From contig JAZQWM010000009.1 of the NCBI GenBank assembly GCA_045632345.1, positions 1,730 through 65,729 on the forward strand: a stretch of 64,000 nucleotides of DNA. Reading direction: 5' to 3'. The position numbers were made by a program, and so were the translations under genes. A model generated the notes under the pieces. That model saw nothing but the letters and a program-made list of their open reading frames with translations. It ran no database searches and was not told where the DNA came from. The DNA comes from Eubacteriales bacterium. GTDB taxonomy: Bacteria; Bacillota; Clostridia; Oscillospirales; CAG-272. Shown here piece by piece: positions 36,515-45,211 of this stretch; position 1 is the stretch's first letter; the number at the start of each line of letters is the position of its first letter.

Positions 36515-38797
36515 TTAATTATCTGAGGAAGTATTATCATCATCGCTTTCGACGTTTTCAATAATCTCAGCGTCTACTTGCTCTGCATCCTCTTCATCGT
36601 TAAAATCCGTATCATTTGAATCTGCAATTTGAAGAACCTCATCCTCGTCATCAAGCAAGCCAAGCTCTTTTTCAAGACGGCGGCGTTCTTCTAATTTTTT
36701 ACGATTTTCTTCTTCGATAGCCTTACGCTTTTCTTCCTCAAGCTTTTCAGCTCTTCTTTTGTTTTCCTCTTCGCTTCTGCGCTTCTTTTCGGTAACTAGG
36801 TTTTCAACCTGTTCCATTGTTGCGCCCTCTGTCATAGCAAGAGCAAACTGCTCGTCATCCATGATTTCGTATTTAAGAAGGAATTCCGTTATAAAGTCAA
36901 GCTTTTCTCTGTATTTTTCAATGGTTGAGTATGCAAGATTATAAGCATCATCAACAATTTTTTTGATTTCCGCATCAATTTTAGATGCTGTGCTTTCTGA
37001 ATAGCTTGGTGTTGAGCTGAAATCTCTGCCTAAGAATACCTCATCGCTACCGTGATTTGAACCAAAGTGGATTGTGCCAAGCTCGCTGCTCATACCGTAA
37101 ACCGTAACCATTTTTCTTGCAGTTTCGGTAGCGCGCATAATATCGTTAGATGCTCCGCCTGTATAGTCATCAAATACGATTTGCTCAGCAACTCTACCGC
37201 CAAGCATCATAGCGATTCTTTCCTGCATTTCTTTTTTGGACTCACTATATTTATCCTCAGTTGGTGGAGTTAAGGTGTAGCCTAATGCTCTGCCGCTTGG
37301 AATAATTGAAATTTGGCGAACAGGGTCTTGAGTTTCAAGAACGTGAGCAAGAATTGCGTGTCCTGCCTCGTGAACTGCTGTGTTTCTCTTTTCCCTCTCA
37401 CTCATTTTTCTTGCTTTCTTTTGTGTACCTACCGTTACCTTAATCATGGCATCCTCGATTTCGGTCATACCGATAAGAGTTTTGCCGTTTCTTGCAGCAA
37501 GTAAAGCTGCCTCGTTAAGTAGGTTTGCAATATCTGCACCCGTGAAGCCAACAGTTGTTTGAGCAATTTTGTGCATATCAACAGTTTCTTCAAATGGCTT
37601 ACCCTTAGAGTGAACATGTAAAATCGCTTCTCTGCCCTCTAGGTCTGGATAGCCTATTGTTACCTGTCTATCAAATCTGCCCGGTCTTAATAATGCTGAG
37701 TCAAGAATGTCAGGACGGTTAGTTGCCGCCATAACGATAATGCCCGATTGTGTACCGAAGCCATCCATTTCAACTAAAAGCTGATTAAGTGTTTGCTCTC
37801 TTTCATCATGGCCGCCGCCTAAGCCTGCACCTCTTTGACGTCCTACTGCGTCAATTTCATCAATGAATATAATTGCGGCAGGTGTTTTTCTTGCTTGCTC
37901 AAATAAATCTCTTACACGGGAAGCACCTACACCAACATAAAGCTCAACGAAGTCTGAGCCTGACATTGAGAAAAATGGTACGCCTGCTTCGCCTGCAACT
38001 GCCTTGGCAAGCAATGTTTTACCTGTACCCGGAGGGCCTACTAATAATACGCCTCTTGGAATTTTCGCGCCAAGCTGTGTAAATCTTGCAGGGTTACGAA
38101 GGTATTCAACTACCTCCTTTAATTCTTCCTTTTCCTCTTCAGCGCCTGCTACGTCGTCAAAGGTTACGTTTTTAACAGTTGACTGTACTGCCTTTGATTT
38201 ACCGAAGCCGCCCATTTTTCCGTTACCTTGGCTACGGAATAAGAAAAACATTGACACGCCAATAACGATTACTAAAATAATCGTAGGAAGGTATTGCATA
38301 AAAGCAGACTGCTGCTTTAATGCCTTTGTGCTTGTTTTAAATGAGCTGTCAACGCCTTGTGCGTCAAGCTCATCCTTGATTGTGTATAGTAAGCTATTGG
38401 CTACGCCTACGTTTGTGCCAAAGAACTCAATGTACTCCTCGTAGGTAAGTGTTATAGTTTTAACCTTTTTAGCAAGGTCTTTATCATTTCTGCTATTTCC
38501 GTCAAAATAGTTATCCCAATCCTCTTTTGATTCAAAGATTGTTACTGTGTATTTATTGATGTTTCTAATGTAACCGTAAACTCGTCTTGTCTTTTCCGGA
38601 ACGTCAGTTTCATCAATTACGCCATCTCCGTTTGAATCTACGGGTATAGCTACAACCTCTTGAAATTTAGCCACCATATCGTCATACGTTAGCGGTTTTT
38701 CATCGTTATTCTGCTTGAACATTGCAAAAATTGCAATCATGATAGCTGTGATTATTATGAAGTAAAAAATATAAGTTATAACGTTACTCTTCTTCAT
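36515..38797 (-). CDS. ftsH: ATP-dependent zinc metalloprotease FtsH (with long charged C-terminal extension)
   Basis: 760 aa. Walker [12 protein letters not shown], zinc motif HEAGHA. Confidence 0.97.
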   Translation of the reverse strand: MKKSNVITYIFYFIIITAIMIAIFAMFKQNNDEKPLTYDDMVAKFQEVVAIPVDSNGDGVIDETDVPEKTRRVYGYIRNINKYTVTIFESKEDWDNYFDGNSRNDKDLAKKVKTITLTYEEYIEFFGTNVGVANSLLYTIKDELDAQGVDSSFKTSTKALKQQSAFMQYLPTIILVIVIGVSMFFLFRSQGNGKMGGFGKSKAVQSTVKNVTFDDVAGAEEEKEELKEVVEYLRNPARFTQLGAKIPRGVLLVGPPGTGKTLLAKAVAGEAGVPFFSMSGSDFVELYVGVGASRVRDLFEQARKTPAAIIFIDEIDAVGRQRGAGLGGGHDEREQTLNQLLVEMDGFGTQSGIIVMAATNRPDILDSALLRPGRFDRQVTIGYPDLEGREAILHVHSKGKPFEETVDMHKIAQTTVGFTGADIANLLNEAALLAARNGKTLIGMTEIEDAMIKVTVGTQKKARKMSEREKRNTAVHEAGHAILAHVLETQDPVRQISIIPSGRALGYTLTPPTEDKYSESKKEMQERIAMMLGGRVAEQIVFDDYTGGASNDIMRATETARKMVTVYGMSSELGTIHFGSNHGSDEVFLGRDFSSTPSYSESTASKIDAEIKKIVDDAYNLAYSTIEKYREKLDFITEFLLKYEIMDDEQFALAMTEGATMEQVENLVTEKKRRSEEENKRRAEKLEEEKRKAIEEENRKKLEERRRLEKELGLLDDEDEVLQIADSNDTDFNDEEDAEQVDAEIIENVESDDDNTSSDN

Positions 38798-38828
38798 TTA
38801 TCCGAAGCACCTCCTGTTTATGTGGTAT

Positions 38829-40163
38829 TTATATTTTTTTAACTCTGTACACTTTTATATTTGTTTCGCCGTTTTTTGATTTAGCCTCATCGCGTGTTGC
38901 AACCAGCGGTATATAAAGTATTCCATTTTCATCGCAAATTAGCGGAATTTTATCTCTGTAATGGGACGGGATATGCTTATCGCAGAAAATGGTTTTTAAT
39001 TTTTTGGTCATTTTGCCTTGAATCATTTTGTCGCCGTCTTTTTTGTTTCTGACAATCAGCTTACCCTCGGATTTTAAAATTACCGTTTCAACGTGCTCGT
39101 ACTTCTTTAAGTCAGGAACCATTTCCGTGTTAACGGCAATAGCTGTCTTTATTTCCTCAATGTAATTAAGACCTTCTCTTAGTGCTTTGTTGTATTTTAG
39201 CTTAATTAAGTTTTCTGTGTTTACAAACTTAACGTATCCTCTTTCCTTTTTGAATGAGGTTTTATTAGGCAAATTGATATATTGACCTACATTGCCACTT
39301 TCTGCTAATTTCAAGCATGCGTCTATTGATTTTCTATCAAGAGTGTCTCTTGAAATCGTTAAGAGTAATCTTGATGCGATTGGTCTTTCCAATGAATTAA
39401 GAAGATCTGTGCTTACTCTTGTTCTAATTCTGTTTTCTTCAATGATTTTGTCGCAAGCATCCTGAATAAATTTATCGTCATCGCGAAGAAGCTCGCCCAT
39501 TCTAAGACATGAATCAATAAACGATGGATTAATTTTTTCGAGCATTGGAATTACTTCGTGTCTTATATAATTTCGAGTATAATCTGTGTCAAGATTAGTA
39601 GAGTCGTTTACGAAGGTAATTGAATTTTTCTTGCAATATTCGAGAATTTCTTCCTTGGAGCAATAGATAAGAGGTCTTACAACGTTATTAGCCACAGGCT
39701 TAATTCCAGCAATTCCCTTTGCTCCGCTTCCTCTTGATAAATTAAATATTACAGTTTCAGCATTATCGTTTGCATTATGGGCAGTTACAATACATTTATA
39801 GTCGCTGTTTTGTGAAATTATTTTATTAAAGATTTTATATCTTTCTTCTCTTGCCGTTTCCTCAAGGCCTTGCTTTCTTTCCTCAGCCAAATATGGAACG
39901 TCAATACGGAAGGATAAAAACTTTACGCCGAGCTTTTTGCACATGTTTTTACAGAAAAACTCGTCTCTTAGCGCTTCCTCGCCTCTTATCATATGATTGA
40001 TATGAATCGCTAAAAGCTTTTTTGTTTTCTTTGACAAATAATGCAGTATTGCGCTTGAATCCGCTCCACCTGAAAAGCCTATTATAGCGCCTTCATAAAT
40101 ATTACTCATTTCATATTGCTTGATAGCTTTTTCAATCTTATTTTCCACAACTAAAATCCTCAA
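38829..40163 (-). CDS. tilS: tRNA(Ile)-lysidine synthetase
   Basis: PP-loop GFSGGADSS. The ORF begins at TTG 40163. GTG 40148 is a plausible real start (gagga 8 nt upstream). Confidence 0.9.
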   Translation of the reverse strand: MRILVVENKIEKAIKQYEMSNIYEGAIIGFSGGADSSAILHYLSKKTKKLLAIHINHMIRGEEALRDEFFCKNMCKKLGVKFLSFRIDVPYLAEERKQGLEETAREERYKIFNKIISQNSDYKCIVTAHNANDNAETVIFNLSRGSGAKGIAGIKPVANNVVRPLIYCSKEEILEYCKKNSITFVNDSTNLDTDYTRNYIRHEVIPMLEKINPSFIDSCLRMGELLRDDDKFIQDACDKIIEENRIRTRVSTDLLNSLERPIASRLLLTISRDTLDRKSIDACLKLAESGNVGQYINLPNKTSFKKERGYVKFVNTENLIKLKYNKALREGLNYIEEIKTAIAVNTEMVPDLKKYEHVETVILKSEGKLIVRNKKDGDKMIQGKMTKKLKTIFCDKHIPSHYRDKIPLICDENGILYIPLVATRDEAKSKNGETNIKVYRVKKI

Positions 40164-40244
40164 ACTGTATTTATTTTTTACGATTTATGCTTAAAGAAAA
40201 TTTGCTTTGTATATAATACTATAAAAAATATAAAATTTCAAGAG

Positions 40245-40277
40245 AAAAAAAGAAAAAACCGCTTTTTTCAGCGGTTG
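40245..40277 (-). terminator. Terminator after the 85-aa ORF
   Basis: aaccgc-ttttttca-gcggtt, with a long U-run on the minus strand. Confidence 0.6.
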
Positions 40278-40286
40278 TTCAGAATT

Positions 40287-40544
40287 TCAACACATTTGAT
40301 CGAAAATTATGTACTTTATTGTGCCCTCACAGGCTTTATTTTTTACTAAAAACTTGAATATTCTTAATGCCTCACTTCTATCGGTCGTTAGGTTCATTAC
40401 TTTTTCGCAGCTTTGCTTATTAGTTAACAGATTATTCTCAATGCAAATTATTGAATACTTTTTATTAAACTCCACTAGCTGATACGTTTCTGTAACGTTC
40501 TTCGTTACCTTTAAGGTTTCGCTTTTGCAAATTTTACTTTTCAT
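40287..40544 (-). CDS. Hypothetical small protein
   Basis: 85-aa ORF with RBS gaggt and a terminator downstream. I recognise no family. Confidence 0.5.
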   Translation of the reverse strand: MKSKICKSETLKVTKNVTETYQLVEFNKKYSIICIENNLLTNKQSCEKVMNLTTDRSEALRIFKFLVKNKACEGTIKYIIFDQMC

Positions 40545-40752
40545 GATATACCTCGGTTTTAAATTGTACTGCTAAATTAAATAGCTTCCAAAATTATACC
40601 ACAAAAATTTTTAAGTTCCGTCAAACCCGTTTTTATTATATAGTATAGCAGCTTCGATAATCTTTAATAAAGTTCCTTTATTTAATTGCCACTTATTACC
40701 GGTTGTAAAAATTTTGTTATCATGCTAAGATTTTAGTAAAAGGGGGGAACTT

Positions 40753-40968
40753 ATGAAGGATAAGGATAAATTAAAATTTTTGTATCTTCTGAAAGGATTA
40801 TGGCTTTATGCTATTCTTTTCGGTTTTTTAGCTTTAAGGTTAGAGCTTGGAGTTTTTTGCGGTAATATACTTAGAATTGAAGTAGATACTACATATATGC
40901 TTGACAGCTTAGTTGCAACAAATTTTATCCTTGGTGGAGCTAGCTTTTTGGTTTTCAAGTATTTTTAG
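40753..40968 (+). CDS. Hypothetical small membrane protein (2 TM)
   Basis: 71-aa ORF with a strong RBS (aaagggggg) and two hydrophobic helices. Confidence 0.5.
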   Translation: MKDKDKLKFLYLLKGLWLYAILFGFLALRLELGVFCGNILRIEVDTTYMLDSLVATNFILGGASFLVFKYF

Positions 40969-41018
40969 TTTTGTGCAAAATGCCAATTTGACAGTTTTTT
41001 CAAAAATTTCCAACACCG

Positions 41019-41372
41019 GAAAATGAATATTTTTTTGTCAAGATGAAAATTGATAATTTTTTAAATTCTACACGTTGATTTTTGGCAAATGAATAAAATG
41101 AGGTGCCACTTTTCCACTTTTCCACGGTCTCTTTCCGTGGAAAAGTGGAAAAGTGCCGTGATTTGGCTTGAGTTTTGCACGGTTTCCACGGAGTTTTCCA
41201 CGTTTTTAGCATTTTCGCACACTAAAGCGTGGATATTTTCTGTTTTATACATTTGCCTATCTTGATTGTGCAACATTAACAAATTTAGTTAGTAAACTAA
41301 TATATTTTCGCGATTTGGACACCAAATTATTTTTAGAAAAATGAATAAAGACAATAGCCGAAAATGAATAAA
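41019..41372 (+). repeat. Four same-orientation AAATGAATA(AA) words flanking the DnaA-box cluster
   Basis: Copies at 41021-41029, 41087-41097, 41339-41349 and 41362-41372. Confidence 0.8.
41107..41236. promoter_or_regulatory. Cluster of eight DnaA-box-like 8-mers, including a perfect 21-bp inverted repeat
   Basis: TTTTCCAC at 41110, 41118 and 41194. Inverted GTGGAAAA at 41137 and 41145. TTTTGCAC at 41173, GTTTCCAC at 41182, inverted GTGGATAT at 41229. Palindrome arms 41107-41127 and 41135-41155. Confidence 0.6.
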
Positions 41373-41515
41373 TTTTTACAGCTTTTCGACAATAAAATCT
41401 GTTGTTTTTTGTAGAATAATATCATTTATGATAATATTTTGTGTTTTTCATTTTTTCATGGTCAAAATGCATAAATTGTTAACTTTTCTTTAATATTGAA
41501 ATTTGTGTTTGGCAT

Positions 41516-41552
41516 AAAACAAAAAAGGATTTTGCATCTGCAAAATCCTTTT
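41516..41552 (-). terminator. Terminator after the DUF1846 gene (hairpin also usable on the plus strand)
   Basis: aggattttgca-tc-tgcaaaatcct flanked by A-runs and T-runs. Confidence 0.7.
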
Positions 41553-41562
41553 CAAATTTTAA

Positions 41563-43047
41563 TTAACCGTGGAATAATTTTTTCGTTTGGTAAACAGGCT
41601 CACAGGTCAGATTAACACCTAGCTTTCTAAAGGTTGCTGTATCAACAGGACTTAAGATAACTGTTGAATGTAGCTCTGCTCCCTTAAGAAGCTTTAATGC
41701 ATCCATTGCTTTCTTAGCTTCTTTATCGGTTGCCGCTGTTATGGCAAGAGCAATAAGCACCTCGTCGGTATGTAATCTTGGATTGTGATTTCCTAAATTT
41801 TCGATTTTTAACTTTTGTACAGGCTCTAATACGTCATGGGAAATAATATCTATATCCTTATCAATGCCGGCTATTGCTTTAACTGCATTTATAAGTGCGG
41901 CAGAGGATGAGCCTAAAAGCGAGGTTGTTTTTCCTGTAACTACTCTACCGTCGCAAAGCTCGATTGCTACGGCAGGAGCGCCTGTTTCCTCTGCTTTATC
42001 AAGAGCAGCTTGAATACATTTTCTTTGCTTAACTGTAATATCACTTTGATTCATAAGAAGCTTGATTTTGTTTATTTCGTCTTGGCAATCACAGCCCTTT
42101 CTTTGAATGCAAAGAGCATTATAGTATCTTCTTATAATTTCGTTTTTAGCAGCTTCTCTTACTGCTTCATCATCAATGATGCAGTTGCCAGCCATATTAA
42201 CACCCATGTCTGTTGGGGATTTATATGGACATTTACCCATAATTCCCTCGTACATTGCACGAAGAACAGGGAAAATTTCAACGTCGCGGTTATAATTGAT
42301 TGCAGTTTCTCCATATGCTTCTAGATGGTATGGGTCAATCATGTTTATATCGTTTAAGTCGGCAGTTGCAGATTCGTAAGCTACGTTTACAGGGTGTGAA
42401 AGAGGAATGTTCCAAATTGGGAACGTTTCAAACTTTGCGTATCCTGCCTTTACTCCATGCTTATGGTCATGATAAATTTGAGAAAGACACGTTCCCATTT
42501 TACCGCTTCCCGGTCCAGGAGCTGTAACGATTACTAAGGATCTTTCCGTTTCAACGTACTCGTTTTTACCGAAGCCGTTCTCGCTTACTACCTTAGCAAC
42601 GTCATATGGATAATTTTCTATTTCAAAATGCTTATATACCTTAATGCCCTTGCTTTCAAGAGTCTTTTTGAAGCTTTCTACAACTGAGGTTGCGCTATAT
42701 CTTGCAAGCACAACGCTTCCTACAAATAAGCCGAAGCCACGGAATGCATCAATTAAACGGAAGGTTTCAAGGTCATAGGTAATACCAAGGTCGCCTCTTA
42801 TTTTATTTTTCTCAATATCATGCGCGTTTACAACGATGATAACCTCTGCTTGATCCTTTAATTCAGCAAGCATTTTAATTTTACTGTCAGGAGCAAAGCC
42901 AGGTAACACTCTAGAAGCGTGATGGTCATCAAAGAGCTTTCCGCCGAATTCAAGATATAGCTTATCTCCGAATTGGCTTATTCTTTCCTTGATTTTTTCT
43001 GATTGAGTTTTAAGATACATTTCATTATCAAAGCCTATTTTGTACAT
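41563..43047 (-). CDS. DUF1846 / UPF0371 family protein (function unknown)
   Basis: 494 aa. The N-terminus MYKIGFDNEMYLKTQSEKIKERI...LYLEFGGKLFDDHHASRVLPGF matches my memory of the UPF0371 family. Starts 3 nt after the pfp stop. Confidence 0.7.
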   Translation of the reverse strand: MYKIGFDNEMYLKTQSEKIKERISQFGDKLYLEFGGKLFDDHHASRVLPGFAPDSKIKMLAELKDQAEVIIVVNAHDIEKNKIRGDLGITYDLETFRLIDAFRGFGLFVGSVVLARYSATSVVESFKKTLESKGIKVYKHFEIENYPYDVAKVVSENGFGKNEYVETERSLVIVTAPGPGSGKMGTCLSQIYHDHKHGVKAGYAKFETFPIWNIPLSHPVNVAYESATADLNDINMIDPYHLEAYGETAINYNRDVEIFPVLRAMYEGIMGKCPYKSPTDMGVNMAGNCIIDDEAVREAAKNEIIRRYYNALCIQRKGCDCQDEINKIKLLMNQSDITVKQRKCIQAALDKAEETGAPAVAIELCDGRVVTGKTTSLLGSSSAALINAVKAIAGIDKDIDIISHDVLEPVQKLKIENLGNHNPRLHTDEVLIALAITAATDKEAKKAMDALKLLKGAELHSTVILSPVDTATFRKLGVNLTCEPVYQTKKLFHG

Positions 43048-43050
43048 TGT

Positions 43051-44283
43051 TCAATATCCTCTTATCTTAAAATGAACGGGAAGCCCGTTTTCGTATTTTA
43101 TATTTCTTTCGCCTATGATTAAAGGAGCTATATACTCCATACATTCATTTGTAACGTTGTTTTTCTCAGGGCTTATATAGTTAGCGGGAACAAATTTGAC
43201 CTTATTGGCTATTTTTTCTATATCCTCATATGAAAGCTCAATCTGATAGTCTCTTGAGCTTTTTCTTTTGAATACAACCATTTTGCCGTTTATTCCCTTT
43301 TCAGCACATTCTGCTGCATACCTTCCAATAGCAACGCTTTCAGAAATATCGGTTGCTGATGCAATGTGAGACGAGCATCTTTGAGGCAAGCTCAATTCAA
43401 CTGAGCGCACCTTACAGTCAATCTGCTCTCTTATCATAATTTCAAGAGATTTTCCCGCACCGGACAAATATTTATGTCCAAATGCATCAACTGCTCCGCT
43501 TTGCGTGTTTTCGCTCACGTATATTCCGTTTGAATATTTAATTCCCTCACTTACTGCTATAACGACGTTTGATTTTTCAGTAAACAGCTTATTTACTGAA
43601 GAAATAAGCTCCTCACCGCTAAAGCTAACCTCAGGCAAATAAATAAGGTCTGCTCCGTTGTTGCCGAAATATTTCGGTAAGCCTGCAGAGGCTGTAAGCC
43701 AACCTGCATCTCTGCCCATAATTTCAATAATTGTAACCGCGTTGCAAAGATAGCACGCAGTATCACGAGCAATTTCCTGAACGGTGGTTGATATATATTT
43801 AGCAGCTGAGCCAAAGCCAGGAGTATGATCTGTGATTACCAGGTCATTATCAATAGTTTTTGGAATACCGATTACGTTAATTTTATAATCGCAGCTTTTT
43901 GAATATTCGCTAATCTTTGACACGGTATCCATAGAATCATTACCGCCGATATAGAAAAAGTAACGAATATCGTTTCTTTTAAAAATATCAAAAATCCGCT
44001 GATAAATTGTAATATCTTCCTTTACGCTTGGAATTCTTTTACGGCATGAGCCAAGAGCAGATGCAGGGGTTGATTCCAATAAAAAAAGCTGCTCTTCATT
44101 ATCAAACAAGTAAGATAAATCAATAAGGTTTTCATTAAGAAAGCCTTCAATTCCGTTTTTCATTCCGAATAATTTTTTAATTGATTTAGACGTGCTTGCT
44201 CCTCTGATAACACCCGAAAGAGTAGCGTTGATAGCTGAGGTGGGTCCGCCTGACTGTCCGATTATTGCGTTTCCTACTAACAA
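43051..44283 (-). CDS. pfp: Phosphofructokinase, PPi-dependent type predicted
   Basis: The ORF runs to 44301. I moved the start to TTG 44283 (aaggaga RBS upstream). GQSGGPTSAINA, GGNDS and PKTIDNDL; Asp and Lys at the two PPi-versus-ATP marker positions. Confidence 0.82.
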   Translation of the reverse strand: MLVGNAIIGQSGGPTSAINATLSGVIRGASTSKSIKKLFGMKNGIEGFLNENLIDLSYLFDNEEQLFLLESTPASALGSCRKRIPSVKEDITIYQRIFDIFKRNDIRYFFYIGGNDSMDTVSKISEYSKSCDYKINVIGIPKTIDNDLVITDHTPGFGSAAKYISTTVQEIARDTACYLCNAVTIIEIMGRDAGWLTASAGLPKYFGNNGADLIYLPEVSFSGEELISSVNKLFTEKSNVVIAVSEGIKYSNGIYVSENTQSGAVDAFGHKYLSGAGKSLEIMIREQIDCKVRSVELSLPQRCSSHIASATDISESVAIGRYAAECAEKGINGKMVVFKRKSSRDYQIELSYEDIEKIANKVKFVPANYISPEKNNVTNECMEYIAPLIIGERNIKYENGLPVHFKIRGY

Positions 44284-44313
44284 TAAAATTCTCCTTAACA
44301 AACCACAAGAAAT

Positions 44314-44342
44314 AGTATATCATATTATAAAATAAAAGTCAA
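44314..44342 (-). promoter_or_regulatory. Promoter of pfp-DUF1846
   Basis: Gene-sense TTGACT-17-TATACT with TGa extended -10. Confidence 0.55.
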
Positions 44343-44541
44343 ACAAATTAAGATAAAATATTTCTTTTTTTATTTATTATTTTCATTTTTCGCAAAATTC
44401 ACTCGTTTTTTAAACGTTTTAGTCAAAATAAACAAAAATTTTAAAAATATTTTGAAATTTCTATTTATTTTAATCAAAAATTGTGATATAATATAATCAA
44501 CAAAGGAAGTTCCTTTGAATTTACTCACAAGAGGTGATTTT

Positions 44542-45072
44542 ATGAAGATGAATTTTACGGCAAGACAAATGAAGGTTTATGAATCTGTGAAATTAACCGC
44601 AGAGAAAAAGCTATCCAAGTTCGATAAGTTCTTTGATGATGGCGCAGAAATGGATGTTACCTTCTCCATGCCTAAAAATCTTGAAAAGGTTGAAATTACC
44701 ATCTATGCAAGCGGCATGATGTTTCGTGCTGAGGAAGCTGCTGAAACGTTTGCAACCGCTATTGACAGAGCAAGTGAGGCCCTTGAAAGACAAATTAGAA
44801 AAAACAAAACAAGACTTCAAAAGCGTGTTAAGGACGAGGGCTATGCCATAGTAGATGAAGAATATCCATACCTTGAAGAAGAAGAAATTTTACTTGAAGA
44901 GGTAAAAATCAAAACATTTTCATTTAAGCCAATGTCCCTTGATGAAGCAATTTTACAAATGAATCTTTTAGGACATGATTTCTACGTATTTAAGGATGCG
45001 GAAAACAATGAAACCTGTGTAGTTTATAAGCGCAAGGCAGGGGGATACGGCTTAATCGTTCCTGAGTTATAA
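44542..45072 (+). CDS. hpf: Ribosome hibernation promoting factor, long form
   Basis: The ORF runs from 44515. I moved the start to ATG 44542 (agaggtga RBS). An S30AE domain plus the C-terminal dimerisation domain (KPMSLDEAILQMNLLGHDFYVF). Confidence 0.92.
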   Translation: MKMNFTARQMKVYESVKLTAEKKLSKFDKFFDDGAEMDVTFSMPKNLEKVEITIYASGMMFRAEEAAETFATAIDRASEALERQIRKNKTRLQKRVKDEGYAIVDEEYPYLEEEEILLEEVKIKTFSFKPMSLDEAILQMNLLGHDFYVFKDAENNETCVVYKRKAGGYGLIVPEL

Positions 45073-45078
45073 TACAAC

Positions 45079-45111
45079 AAAACCACCCTGTTTTTGCAGG
45101 GTGGTTTTTTA
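45079..45111 (+). terminator. Terminator after hpf
   Basis: ccaccctg-tttttg-cagggtgg followed by TTTTTT. Confidence 0.85.
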
Positions 45112-45170
45112 AGGTGCGAGGGTCATGGGGTATGGCGTCTAGCTAGCCACTTGTTACTGTCGCCTATTAA

Positions 45171-45209
45171 CAAAAAAGCAAATGAAATTGTAGTTTCATT
45201 TGCTTTTTA
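45171..45209 (-). terminator. Terminator after the E2-like acyltransferase gene
   Basis: 11-bp stem agcaaatgaaa / tttcatttgct flanked by A-runs and T-runs. Confidence 0.8.
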
Positions 45210-45211
45210 CG

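Noticed and set aside
41107-41155. parS, CIRCE or LexA operator
   Set aside because: The half-sites (TTTTCCACGG) and the 7-nt spacer do not fit parS (TGTTNCACGTGAAACA), CIRCE or the Firmicutes SOS box.
41000-41282. 70-aa and 73-aa minus-strand ORFs
   Set aside because: They span the DnaA-box palindrome and their sequences are repeat-driven. They have no RBS.
40969-41562. Calling this the chromosomal replication origin (oriC)
   Set aside because: No dnaA or dnaN gene is adjacent. I cannot compute GC skew or see the rest of the genome, and gene orientation in the window shows no clean switch. I report it only as a DnaA-box cluster hypothesis.
45112-45165. Small GC-richer island between the hpf and acyltransferase terminators, considered as an ncRNA gene
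   Set aside because: I can see no promoter and no convincing fold. It shares only 7-8-nt words with other spacers. I mention it under the dispersed-fragment observation instead.
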